A DNA stretch of 43,576 nucleotides from a virus (Duplodnaviria; Caudoviricetes): IMG/VR virus record IMGVR_UViG_3300037311_000448, positions 1 to 43,576 of that record; one strand, given 5' to 3'. This document shows positions 29,417 through 38,092 of this stretch, one piece after another. How positions within the stretch are numbered: the stretch's first letter is position 1; each line of letters opens with the position of its first letter. The position numbers and the translations under genes were made by a program. A model generated the notes under the pieces. It searched no databases, was not told the DNA's origin, and saw only the letters and a program-made list of their open reading frames with translations.

Positions 29417-29917
29417 TTATTGAAGTATAGCTTTGCCCGCCGTTGGGCTGCTATGCTGAATTATCATTGTGTTTGTGTCCGAGTAGGTTACGTCGCTCAT
29501 AAACTGTACACCTACGCTGTCAAGCAAAATTGCCGTGCAGCGTTTGCCCATATTGTGTGCAATGTTCCACGTCAGCACAGGCGTTGGGAAATCGAACTCG
29601 CGGGTTTCTTGGTTCTCTGGGTCAATGCGGTTGTCTGCGTTTGTGTCTACTGCCGAACGGAACGCAGAAAGCGAATCTACCCCCGCTGCAATTTCTGATA
29701 ACGTGTCAAATGCGGCAGGAAGGCCAGCAATAGGCGCGTTGGGGTCGAGTGTGCCGCCGCCGCCAGAAACACCAGTACCATATGGCAGCCATTGTGCGCC
29801 GTCGCACCAGTATTTATCTTGGTTAGGAAGAATTGCTATTTTGTTCAACCACAACGCAGACGGTAATGGAAGAACCGAAACATAGTATTCGCGTTGCTGC
29901 GGGGTAGGTATAGGCAT
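29417..29917 (-). CDS. fibre-like virion protein, first late gene
   Basis: PAAFDTLSEIA fibre motif; C-terminal WNIAHNMGK...GKAIL domain; start MPIPTP. Confidence 0.7.
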   Translation of the reverse strand: MPIPTPQQREYYVSVLPLPSALWLNKIAILPNQDKYWCDGAQWLPYGTGVSGGGGTLDPNAPIAGLPAAFDTLSEIAAGVDSLSAFRSAVDTNADNRIDPENQETREFDFPTPVLTWNIAHNMGKRCTAILLDSVGVQFMSDVTYSDTNTMIIQHSSPTAGKAILQ

Positions 29918-29955
29918 AGCAAAACAATCACAGCATAACAAATTTGTTTGTTGAT

Positions 29956-30032
29956 GAGTCGTGACTGCCGAGCGAAGAGATAAACGCAAACAGGGTCGTG
30001 ATTGCTGAATTTTCGCCCAGCAATCACGACCC
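29956..30032 (-). ncRNA. structured late leader RNA with two alternative pairings
   Basis: Perfect 15-bp stem 30018-30032/29993-30007; the same 5' arm also pairs over 21 nt with 29956-29976 using four G-U pairs. Confidence 0.65.
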
Positions 30033-30036
30033 GTTA

Positions 30037-30065
30037 CAAACATACAGCATTTTTTTACGAAGCAA
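30037..30065 (-). promoter_or_regulatory. putative late promoter (Bacteroidota type)
   Basis: TTG (30063-30065) then TATGTTTG (30037-30044), matching the TAnnTTTG -7 box, just before the leader hairpin. Confidence 0.65.
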
Positions 30066-30297
30066 TAAGTTTGTGGATATTATTTTGCCATATCTCAAAC
30101 CTCGCTCTATATGCCGCGTCCGTGTCGTACCACGAAGAATGGCTGTGGATAAAATTTCGCACGGTTGTATGGTCTTTGTAGCCAAACATTTTTCCAATCT
30201 CCATGAGCGTATAACCCTGTCGTCGGAGCAGCACGGACTTGATGCGAATATCTACTAATTCAGCATTTGAGCGTTTTTTTCTCACAGTCATTTTCAA
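30055..30297 (-). CDS. DnaA C-terminal (domain IV)-like HTH protein
   Basis: TLMEIGKMFGYKDHTTVRN matches the DnaA signature SLxxIGxxFGxRDHTTV. Confidence 0.8.
   Translation of the reverse strand: MKMTVRKKRSNAELVDIRIKSVLLRRQGYTLMEIGKMFGYKDHTTVRNFIHSHSSWYDTDAAYRARFEIWQNNIHKLIAS
30072..30152 (-). promoter_or_regulatory. DnaA boxes
   Basis: Perfect TTATCCACA at 30144-30152 and ATATCCACA at 30072-30080, same orientation. Confidence 0.5.
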
Positions 30298-30307
30298 TAA
30301 AAATTGT

Positions 30308-30499
30308 TCAATTTTGTGACTCCTTCACCAAAAAACGCAACACATCACGTTGAATCATGCGCTCGCAGTACGCCTGTACGCGCCGTTGTTGAGCGATGTA
30401 CTGCTTCTCGTAGTATTCCCGCAAACGACGTTCTGCATCTAATTCTGTGTACTCTGCATCCATTTCGTCGTCGGAAAAAAGTGCGTCAATCGGGGTCAT
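30308..30499 (-). CDS. hypothetical protein
   Basis: 63 aa, overlapping the upstream stop. Confidence 0.65.
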   Translation of the reverse strand: MTPIDALFSDDEMDAEYTELDAERRLREYYEKQYIAQQRRVQAYCERMIQRDVLRFLVKESQN

Positions 30500-30818
30500 G
30501 TAAATCTTGTATGCGTTGTTTGATTGCGTCGTATTTTGATTGAAGGCTTGACAACGCTTTAGTTAAATCATCAATTTGCCGATTCAAATCATCAATTTCT
30601 TGATTCAAATCTCCAACTACATCCTGCCACTCTTTGCCCTCGTTTTTGATGTGCAGACCTGATGCAGAAAGTTTTGTGACAATAAATTCGGCAGCAGCAA
30701 CCCAGTGCCGCGCTCGCGGATTGTTATAGTTCATCAAATCAAGTGCGGGGTCGCACTCCCAGCCGTCAGCTTCGCGTACAGCGTGAGCAAGAAGGTTGAT
30801 AAGTTCGGAATTTTTCAT
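30486..30818 (-). CDS. hypothetical coiled-coil protein
   Basis: C-terminal heptads DLNQEIDDLNRQIDDL. Confidence 0.7.
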   Translation of the reverse strand: MKNSELINLLAHAVREADGWECDPALDLMNYNNPRARHWVAAAEFIVTKLSASGLHIKNEGKEWQDVVGDLNQEIDDLNRQIDDLTKALSSLQSKYDAIKQRIQDLHDPD

Positions 30819-30849
30819 AGATAGACCTTTATTCTTTAACATCGCATAT

Positions 30850-32625
30850 TCAAAATGATGCTGGTTCGCTCGGTTCGTGACGTGCTTGCAGTGCATCCCT
30901 CTCTTCGCTCGTTACGTCACTAAAACAATGATTGGCGGCGTTAAATACCAGCTTTACCGATGCGCCGTATTTGCCGTACAGTTCAGTTTTAATTTTGCCC
31001 GTAAACAAATACGTTTTGCTTTCACCCGTTGCTTCGCCGCGTGCGTGATTGCGATAACGATAAACAATAAGTCCGTTATCGGGCATATTGTACCAATTTG
31101 AGCTGCCCGAAATGCTGTACATTGTCGGGATTTCGTAATTAAAATCATCCTTTTTTTGCAGCTTCGTCGGGTGTGCAACAATAAACAAATGAATGCCATA
31201 CTGCTTGGCAAATAACTGCAACTCAGGCAACACGCGGCCAAGATACTCGTGTTCGGTTTCGCGGGCGGTGCGATTGTGGGCAATTTTATTCCACGGGTCA
31301 ATAATCGCCGCCTTCACGCCCCGCGCCTGCACAGCCCACGCAATACTCTCCTTCAACCGTTCAATCGTGTACAAAGCAGTATCGTCGTACAGTTGAATAA
31401 AATAATCGCTCAAAAATTCCTTTGCCGCACCGTACTCGCGTTCGTTCATGCGTCCGTTGTAGTCCGGCAAAAACGGTTTTTGCACAAAAATTTCACAGGC
31501 CTGATACCCCCATAGCTCCGCAGGTGCTTCAGGGCTGTACACCGCAAACCGCCAGTTGCTTCTTTTCGCCAAGCCGATAGCGTAATTTTGCAAAAACGTT
31601 GTTTTGCCATGCCCTGGCACACCCGTCACCACCGTAACCGCACCCGCAAACGGGTGAAACACCTCGTCAAACTCAGCAAAGCCCGATTTTGGCGGCTCAG
31701 GAAAACCGTACTTGTACAAATCATCCAACGCAGCTTCGTAGTCCAGAACGGTCATTGCGCCTTCAACAGGGTAGGGCTTCGCCTGCTGGACACATTGCCA
31801 CAAGCGCACCGCGCCAAACCTCACCAAAACATCGTTTGCGTCTTTGCAACCTTCAGGAAAACACACAATGTAGCATCGCTGCTTACCCAAACGCCGCGCC
31901 AGTTCGTCGCGCAGCTTTGCGCCTGCTTCGTCTGCATCGCAAGCCAAATAAATTTTTTGCATCCGTTCCAACACGTCGGCACAGGTTTCAAGAAATAAAA
32001 ACTTCGTTTCAAAACTCTGCGCGTCTGGGCTGGGTGCGCCGTCTGGCACAGATACCGCGTTCCACATCTCAGCCATGTTGAACGAACATTTATCCATCTC
32101 GCCCTCTGCAATAATGCACTCCGTCTGTCCCGCGAGGTCGTCCAGACCGTACAGTACCTTGCTTGCGCCCTGCGTTTGCCAGAATTTTTTATCAAGCAGC
32201 GACCGATACTTGATGTTCACAAGCTGTCCGCCCGCCATATAACCAAAACAAATCGCATTGCCGTCCTGTTTAATTTTGTTGCGCTTCACAACGTCGCGGC
32301 TAATGCCACGCTTTTCAAACCACTCAAAAAGGCCGCTCGCTGGCTCGGTGGGCGTGTTTTTTACTTGTTTCCGAAGCAAGGGGCGGATTTCGGAATTCAG
32401 ACGCTCCACGGGCTTTGCAGACCCTTCTAAACGTAAATGCCCTTTCCACGAGCAATGCGCGCATGACCACGTGCCTTTTTTAACCCAGACTGTGAGGCAT
32501 TTGTAGTTCTGATGGTGGAACTTGCGTTTGTGGCTGCACTCAGGGCATATCACGCGCTGAATGTCCGCGCCCTGTGGTTCAACGCCCGTGATGCCGTGCT
32601 GCTCAAATGTTTCAACAAATGTCAT
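30850..32625 (-). CDS. bifunctional primase-helicase (T7 gp4/Twinkle type)
   Basis: CPEC/CAHC zinc finger, TOPRIM EGEMD, DAD, KDAND; helicase GVPGHGKTT, IIDPWN, VAHPTK. Confidence 0.93.
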   Translation of the reverse strand: MTFVETFEQHGITGVEPQGADIQRVICPECSHKRKFHHQNYKCLTVWVKKGTWSCAHCSWKGHLRLEGSAKPVERLNSEIRPLLRKQVKNTPTEPASGLFEWFEKRGISRDVVKRNKIKQDGNAICFGYMAGGQLVNIKYRSLLDKKFWQTQGASKVLYGLDDLAGQTECIIAEGEMDKCSFNMAEMWNAVSVPDGAPSPDAQSFETKFLFLETCADVLERMQKIYLACDADEAGAKLRDELARRLGKQRCYIVCFPEGCKDANDVLVRFGAVRLWQCVQQAKPYPVEGAMTVLDYEAALDDLYKYGFPEPPKSGFAEFDEVFHPFAGAVTVVTGVPGHGKTTFLQNYAIGLAKRSNWRFAVYSPEAPAELWGYQACEIFVQKPFLPDYNGRMNEREYGAAKEFLSDYFIQLYDDTALYTIERLKESIAWAVQARGVKAAIIDPWNKIAHNRTARETEHEYLGRVLPELQLFAKQYGIHLFIVAHPTKLQKKDDFNYEIPTMYSISGSSNWYNMPDNGLIVYRYRNHARGEATGESKTYLFTGKIKTELYGKYGASVKLVFNAANHCFSDVTSEERDALQARHEPSEPASF

Positions 32626-33887
32626 GCGAGTACTCCGTTCCGTTGTTGGTTCATCGCCCGCGCAAACTCTCGTTCGGGGTCAAATTCTTGTTGTTTTTGC
32701 TGCTCCTGCACCACCGCCGCCACAATCTCCCAACCGCGCTCCTTAAGCCACGTGTGAAAGCCCTTCGTGAAGCGCGGCTCGCGCTCTTCGCGCCGCGTCG
32801 TGGCGGCAAACTGTTCTATTCTCGTCTGCAACGCCGCAATCGCTGCCGTCATCGTCGCGCCCGTTTCCGCCGTTTTTTGCCACAAAGCGTGGTAATACGC
32901 TTCCTGTGCGCTCTTCGGGTTCGTGTTAAACGTCAGCGGGTACGTCCGCGCCGCGTGCGTCCAGCCCGCCAACATTTCGCCGTCGGGTTCGCGCTTGGGC
33001 GGTTTACCGTTTCGTGTTTTTACAAATTCCATAGCCTTTTTGCTGTGCGGCGGGCTTTTGCGTCGGCTGTGGTGAGTAACGTTTTCCGTAGCCGATGCGT
33101 CGGTTGCGGTGTTTGCTTCCGTGTCGTCTTCTTCTCTTGTTTTTCTTTGTTTTAAACCTATATAGCGTGAATCAGGTTTGTGTTTCTTTTGTGCTTCCGT
33201 TTGTGTTGCTATTTGTGTTTCCGTTTGTGTTGCTATTTGTGCTTCCGTTTGTGTTTTATTGGAAACACAAACGTTTTGGTACAGGGGAAAAATTTTGTAA
33301 TCGGGGGACGCACTTCCACTTTTTTTGTAGTACCGAATCAGACCTCTTTGAATCAGGAGGTTGCGTGCTTCTCCTAATTTCTTTCGGGTTAATTGGCACA
33401 AGTATTCCAGCTTGTGAGTATCGATTGTCAGAACATTGTTTCGCCAGAAGTCTGCGTTAAACACCGACAAAATATTGCGGTATAACGTCTGTGCTTCTGC
33501 TGACAATGGATTCTGTGCGTTGATAGCGTCGAATGCCAGAACTTGTTGTAGATAAGTTGCTATTTGTGCTTCCGTTTGTGTTTTATTGGAAACACAAACG
33601 TTTTGGTACAGGGGAAAAATTTTGTAATCGGGGGACGCACTTCCACTTTTTTTGTAGTACCGAATCAGACCTCTTTGAATCAGGAGGTTGCGTGCTTCTC
33701 CTAATTTCTTTCGGGTTAATTGGCACAAGTATTCCAGCTTGTGAGTATCGATTGTCAGAACATTGTTTCGCCAGAAGTCTGCGTTAAACACCGACAAAAT
33801 ATTGCGGTATAACGTCTGTGCTTCTGCTGACAATGGATTCTGTGCGTTGATAGCGTCAAATGCCAGAATTTGTTGTAGATAATTCAT
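32622..33887 (-). CDS. replication initiator-like protein with duplicated winged-HTH domain
   Basis: HTH-like [15 protein letters not shown] present twice; iteron-coded TQTEAQIA linker; position before primase-helicase. Confidence 0.7.
   Translation of the reverse strand: MNYLQQILAFDAINAQNPLSAEAQTLYRNILSVFNADFWRNNVLTIDTHKLEYLCQLTRKKLGEARNLLIQRGLIRYYKKSGSASPDYKIFPLYQNVCVSNKTQTEAQIATYLQQVLAFDAINAQNPLSAEAQTLYRNILSVFNADFWRNNVLTIDTHKLEYLCQLTRKKLGEARNLLIQRGLIRYYKKSGSASPDYKIFPLYQNVCVSNKTQTEAQIATQTETQIATQTEAQKKHKPDSRYIGLKQRKTREEDDTEANTATDASATENVTHHSRRKSPPHSKKAMEFVKTRNGKPPKREPDGEMLAGWTHAARTYPLTFNTNPKSAQEAYYHALWQKTAETGATMTAAIAALQTRIEQFAATTRREEREPRFTKGFHTWLKERGWEIVAAVVQEQQKQQEFDPEREFARAMNQQRNGVLA
33188..33273. 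repeat. iteron array, putative replication origin
   Basis: Six tandem 12-mers TTTGTG(C/T)Tnnnn with 24-bp super-period, plus an inverted AACACAAACG copy. Confidence 0.7.
33229..33882. repeat. 327-bp tandem duplication
   Basis: 33229-33555 equals 33556-33882 except for two substitutions near the right end of each copy. Confidence 0.95.
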
Positions 33888-36379
33888 CCCGTCACCACTC
33901 CTTTCGTGCGTCGGTCAGTCAGATAACCAAACTCAACCTTTTTGTGCCACGCCCAGCCTTGAGCATAGCCCGCCAAACGCTGAAAATTGTCAATATCCCG
34001 CACAGTTGGCTTTTTCACCTCTTTCAAAAATGAATACCACGCCTTGCCAAAGTTCGGCTTGGTTTCTAAGTAGCTCTCATGCCATATATTTTGTTCGTGC
34101 GCTTCTTTCTCGCGTTCAATGAGTTTAAGCATAAGCGCGAGGCGGCTTTGTTGCGGTTCAACCCTGACCAGTTCAATGTTTTCAATGTGCGGCGGTAATT
34201 CGCGTGGGTCGTACACGTGTCCCGTGTTTTTGTCGCGGATTTTGAGTTCGCCGCGTTCGGCCTGTTCCGCCTTGTCCACGCCGTCCAGCGTCCATGTGCG
34301 CTCGTCTTCAGGGAAACCATGCCTAAATACGCAATCAGCATGGTCAAGAATAATAGCTGAAGTCTTGCCTTCTATCGGTCGTAAGCCTCGCCCCACCTGC
34401 TGGAGATACAGCGCAAGTGATTTTGTTGGTCGTACAAGTTGCACGCATTCAATGGCTGGCACGTCGAAACCTTCGCTCACGATATTGCAGTTCAACAGCA
34501 CCGTGATTTCGCCGGAAGCAAACCGGCGCAGCACCGCTTCCCGCACGTCGGCGGGCGTTGTGCCGTCAATGTGTGCGGCTGCAATGCCTGCCTGCTCGTA
34601 CTGAGCGCAAATCTGTTTGCTGTGTTCAACGTTAATAGCAAACACACACGTTCGTTTCCCAGCGGCGTGTTTGCGCCAACTTTCTACCAAATTTGCAATG
34701 AGAACATCGTTATTCATCATTGCGTACAGTTCTCGTTCGTTGTAATCGCCTGCCGTTGTTTTTACCTTCGACAAATCGAATTTGAGCGGCGAGGCAAATA
34801 TTTCTGGTTTCACAAGGAAACCGTCGTCTATCAGCGTTTGCACCGACGGGCCAAGCACTAGTTTAGAAAACATTTCGCTAAAGCCTTGCCCGTTCGTGCG
34901 TATTGGCGTTGCGGTCACGCCTAACACCTTAGCGTTCGGGTAATAATCAATCACCGTGCGGTAGCTGTCCGCCGTGCAATGGTGCGCCTCATCAACAATA
35001 ATGAGGTCAATATCTTGCGGCATCTCGCGGCGCACCAGCGTTTGGATAGAGGCAACTTGAAACGGATGCGACGGTCGGTATTGATACCCCGCCATAATTA
35101 CTTCCGCCTGTAAGTTTTGGCGGTGCAAGTGGCCTACAAGCTGCATCACAAGCTCTTTCCGATGCACAACAAACAACACGCGGCGGTTTTTGCCCGCTCC
35201 GTCCTTGGCAATCTCGCTCAGAATCACGCTGTTGTGCGTTACGGTAAAATCGCCCAACAAAAACCTTCCATTGCCATCAACTTGAAATCCGTAGTAATCG
35301 CCTTCTCCAATGTCCTCAACTGTAAATCCAGTACAAAGTACATTCTTGATTTGCTGCCGTGATTGAGCCTTCTTGCGTTCAAGACGACAGGGTATAATTG
35401 AGCAATCGCCAGAAATTGATACGCGCCAATACGATTCTTCATTGACAATCTTTTCTGCGACGTAGGCTGCCAACCCAACAGAACGCGCTACAAAAGACAC
35501 ATCTTGCGCTAATTGATACGATTTTGATACATATTCGTAGCCATGTCCAAGAAATCCATCAGTATCAATCAGCCCAGCAAGGATTTCTAAACGCTCTAAA
35601 AAACTTGCAGTCTTGTAATCGTGCGGTATAAACTTGTGAGCGGCTGTCACGTTTAAGCCAAGTTTTTTTATTTCGTTCAGCAATGGATTTGAGCCGCCTT
35701 TTACGCCAAAACGTCGCCAATCTTCAGAAGAAAAGTGGTACGAAGCAGCCTTGTTTGTTGCATTAGATTTTAGCTCGCGTCGCAAATTCAAACCAAATTT
35801 TGCCGCTTGTCGCTCACATTCTTTCACAATTTTAACGTCTGACGTTGTAACATTAACGTTGTAATGCAGCCCGCCGTCGCCAAGTAATACACCTAAAAAG
35901 TATGGCTCAATTAGTTTCTCTGAGCTTTCACCAATGCCAAACGATGACACGGAAGAACGCAAAAGTTTCAAGCAATGTTTAGCCGTTTTACTCAATCGTA
36001 AATACTCCTCAATAGAAATATCTATTACCTCGTTCTTTGAATATCCCGAATCCTTTGAATTTGCAATTAGCGTCAAAATATGGCTTGCATTGCAGGTCCA
36101 AACTGCTCCTTTTACAGGAGTAATTTTATACATTGTGCTTCGCCCAAAAGTAGTGTTAAGTACAGTTCTGGGCATTCCATCATCTCCCATTAACTGCTCT
36201 CCAATTTGAACAGCTTGAACGGGTTTAATTGTGCCGTCATACATAAGTACAGGTGTGTCTTTACCAAGACATTTTCCACCACCTGTGGCCAGTTGCATCA
36301 TAACCGCTCTGTGTCCTTTTTTAAAGGCTTCGTACACGTCGCGTTTTAGTGCTTGTTGGTACGTTCGTAACTGTGGCAT
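33884..36379 (-). CDS. SF2 DEAH helicase containing an intein
   Basis: LRTYQ, ATGGGK/S, DEAHH, TATP, EGFDVP and QQVGRGLR motifs. Confidence 0.93.
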   Translation of the reverse strand: MPQLRTYQQALKRDVYEAFKKGHRAVMMQLATGGGKCLGKDTPVLMYDGTIKPVQAVQIGEQLMGDDGMPRTVLNTTFGRSTMYKITPVKGAVWTCNASHILTLIANSKDSGYSKNEVIDISIEEYLRLSKTAKHCLKLLRSSVSSFGIGESSEKLIEPYFLGVLLGDGGLHYNVNVTTSDVKIVKECERQAAKFGLNLRRELKSNATNKAASYHFSSEDWRRFGVKGGSNPLLNEIKKLGLNVTAAHKFIPHDYKTASFLERLEILAGLIDTDGFLGHGYEYVSKSYQLAQDVSFVARSVGLAAYVAEKIVNEESYWRVSISGDCSIIPCRLERKKAQSRQQIKNVLCTGFTVEDIGEGDYYGFQVDGNGRFLLGDFTVTHNSVILSEIAKDGAGKNRRVLFVVHRKELVMQLVGHLHRQNLQAEVIMAGYQYRPSHPFQVASIQTLVRREMPQDIDLIIVDEAHHCTADSYRTVIDYYPNAKVLGVTATPIRTNGQGFSEMFSKLVLGPSVQTLIDDGFLVKPEIFASPLKFDLSKVKTTAGDYNERELYAMMNNDVLIANLVESWRKHAAGKRTCVFAINVEHSKQICAQYEQAGIAAAHIDGTTPADVREAVLRRFASGEITVLLNCNIVSEGFDVPAIECVQLVRPTKSLALYLQQVGRGLRPIEGKTSAIILDHADCVFRHGFPEDERTWTLDGVDKAEQAERGELKIRDKNTGHVYDPRELPPHIENIELVRVEPQQSRLALMLKLIEREKEAHEQNIWHESYLETKPNFGKAWYSFLKEVKKPTVRDIDNFQRLAGYAQGWAWHKKVEFGYLTDRRTKGVVTG
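35231..36271 (-). mobile_element. intein (347 aa) with LAGLIDADG homing endonuclease
   Basis: Starts K|[13 protein letters not shown], ends FTVTHN|S; LGVLLGDG and LAGLIDTDG motifs. Confidence 0.95.
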
Positions 36380-36434
36380 TGTTCGTAAAAATTCGTGGTT
36401 TGCAAATCCACGATGGCCATCGTCGTTGTTATTG

Positions 36435-36486
36435 CTCTGGCGGCAGGACTCGAATAATAGCGTCTGCCATTTCCGCCACGCCAGAG
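36435..36486 (-). ncRNA. tRNA-Leu-derived element lacking anticodon and variable arms
   Basis: CTCTGGCG-TGGCGGAAATGGCAGACGC-tatta-TTCGAGTCCTGC-CGCCAGAG: acceptor stem, Leu-type D arm, T-loop. Confidence 0.65.
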
Positions 36487-36493
36487 ACCAGTT

Positions 36494-36688
36494 TTAGACT
36501 ACATCCCGTAATGTTTTGTAATGTTGTTGTGAAACAGACTCAACCTTAAAATCCAAAACACGTTTAAACGCGTGACGGTATCCATCTTTAGCTTCCTGGA
36601 TAGCTTTCGCGTTGTCTTCGACAAAGCACGAAGCTAATACCCGACCTGTGAGCGGGTTTGTGGCCATAAGCCGTACTTTTTTTCTCAT
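36494..36688 (-). CDS. hypothetical protein
   Basis: 64 aa with A-rich start. Confidence 0.65.
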   Translation of the reverse strand: MRKKVRLMATNPLTGRVLASCFVEDNAKAIQEAKDGYRHAFKRVLDFKVESVSQQHYKTLRDVV

Positions 36689-36700
36689 TGCTGTTGTTCG

Positions 36701-36847
36701 TTAAAGTGAAAGTATTTTTGCTATGCACGGCGGCACTGGTTGCTTGGTTTGAAGCCGCGTTTGGGCAATCTCACGGAGCGCGAACAGGGTATCTATCCTC
36801 TGCTGCAATGCCCGTATAAACCGCTCTGTTTCTTGCTCCGTGAGCAT
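36701..36847 (-). CDS. small hypothetical protein (own ATG, or -1 frameshift extension of the upstream gene)
   Basis: MLTEQETERFIRAL...; frame open back to A_AAA_AAG at 36934-36940. Confidence 0.5.
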   Translation of the reverse strand: MLTEQETERFIRALQQRIDTLFALREIAQTRLQTKQPVPPCIAKILSL

Positions 36848-36906
36848 GACCCCAAATGCAACTAATTCGCGCCTGTCAGCAGGCGGCAATGCGTCATACC
36901 TGTCTT

Positions 36907-37368
36907 TTATGCAGGTAAAGCCGCCGCCTGTGCCTTTTTTGCCGTGCTGGCAAACCCCATCTTGACTGTTTTTGATTCGCTGGCCACGCGAGCCGTGCCG
37001 TTTTTTTTCATCATGTCTTCCAACGCTTTGCGGTGCTCGGCAAATTTTTTTTCTTCACCTGCTACGTCCTGCCATTCAGTGCTTGCCGAATAATCGTATT
37101 TGCGCGTAGTGGTCAAACTGAGCGTGAGCGCGTCGTGTTGAAAATCTGACTCTGTAAGGGCTTCGATGACGGCGGGTTTGATGCGTTCGCGCACATCGGC
37201 AATGTACTGTTCGAGAATGCCTAACTTGGCGTACGTCGTCGGCGCGTTGCCAAGCGCGAGAATGTCGTGCGTGGCGCGTTCGGCCAAATCTGGAATGGTG
37301 TTTGCTGTCACGGCGAAGTCCGCACCGAGCGGTAAGCGTGTCAGCGCAAGGGCTGTGGAGAGGCTCAT
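36907..37368 (-). CDS. hypothetical recombination-module protein
   Basis: Start MSLST by ATGA overlap; RKYDYS...W...RKALE motif. Confidence 0.75.
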   Translation of the reverse strand: MSLSTALALTRLPLGADFAVTANTIPDLAERATHDILALGNAPTTYAKLGILEQYIADVRERIKPAVIEALTESDFQHDALTLSLTTTRKYDYSASTEWQDVAGEEKKFAEHRKALEDMMKKNGTARVASESKTVKMGFASTAKKAQAAALPA

Positions 37369-38084
37369 GGTATAAGTTGTTTTGTAGAAATAATAAAAAA
37401 TTGTTGCAGATGCATACGCTCCACAAATGCCACAAACTCTTGTACCCAGTCGTAGCACTCGTAGGGCGTTTCTGCCGTGCGCTCAAAGGTAAACTGCTGT
37501 GTGGCGTGGAGCGGAATGCGGTTCAGGTGTTCGCTCAAATAAAACACGTTGTACTGCACATAATCAGCACCAAATAATTCAAGATAAAACCGCCATTGCA
37601 GCGAGGCTTGATAACGTTCGTACATCTCGTTTTCGTCGTAAGCAGAAATGCCCTTGAACACGTTGCCGTTTGTTTGTAGCCAGCGCGTCTTGTTTTCAAA
37701 AACGGTGTTGCCAAGCAAAATATCGGCCTTGCCTACCACCGTTACCGCGCCAAGCGCGGTGTCGTACCTGTTTGTCGTTTTAAGCTCAAAAATGCCTGCG
37801 TGGTCAATAACGTTTAATGCCTCGCGGATGCCGTCGCCGGCAAAGTAAAAACCGTTTGCATAAAAAGTATCCCCCTGTTCGATGTAACATTGATGCGGGC
37901 GTTCAAGAACAGCGTGGAACGCCTGTCCACGTAGCATCTGTGACGTTGGCGTAAAATCGCCTTTGATGCTGGCAATAAGCTCTCCAAGCATATTTTCGCT
38001 CATTTCCTCGTCTTGTTCCTGCACGTAACGGCGGTAACTGTCCAACGTCGTGACGGAGATTCGTAGGTTGTTTTGGTTATTCAT
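37365..38084 (-). CDS. PD-(D/E)xK exonuclease-like protein
   Basis: ISVTTLDSY, GQAFH, GKAD...FENKT and QWRFY motifs; next to the AAA_24 gene. Confidence 0.75.
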   Translation of the reverse strand: MNNQNNLRISVTTLDSYRRYVQEQDEEMSENMLGELIASIKGDFTPTSQMLRGQAFHAVLERPHQCYIEQGDTFYANGFYFAGDGIREALNVIDHAGIFELKTTNRYDTALGAVTVVGKADILLGNTVFENKTRWLQTNGNVFKGISAYDENEMYERYQASLQWRFYLELFGADYVQYNVFYLSEHLNRIPLHATQQFTFERTAETPYECYDWVQEFVAFVERMHLQQFFIISTKQLIP

Positions 38085-38092
38085 TCCACACC

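Noticed and set aside
33188-33259. Short tandem repeats as a possible CRISPR array
   Set aside because: No spacers; 12-bp units inside a coding frame fit iterons; no cas genes
33229-33882. Near-identical repeat pair as a DGR template/variable repeat
   Set aside because: Directly tandem, only two differences, and no reverse transcriptase in the window
36435-36486. Functional tRNA gene or attP core
   Set aside because: No anticodon arm; internal to the early operon with no integrase nearby
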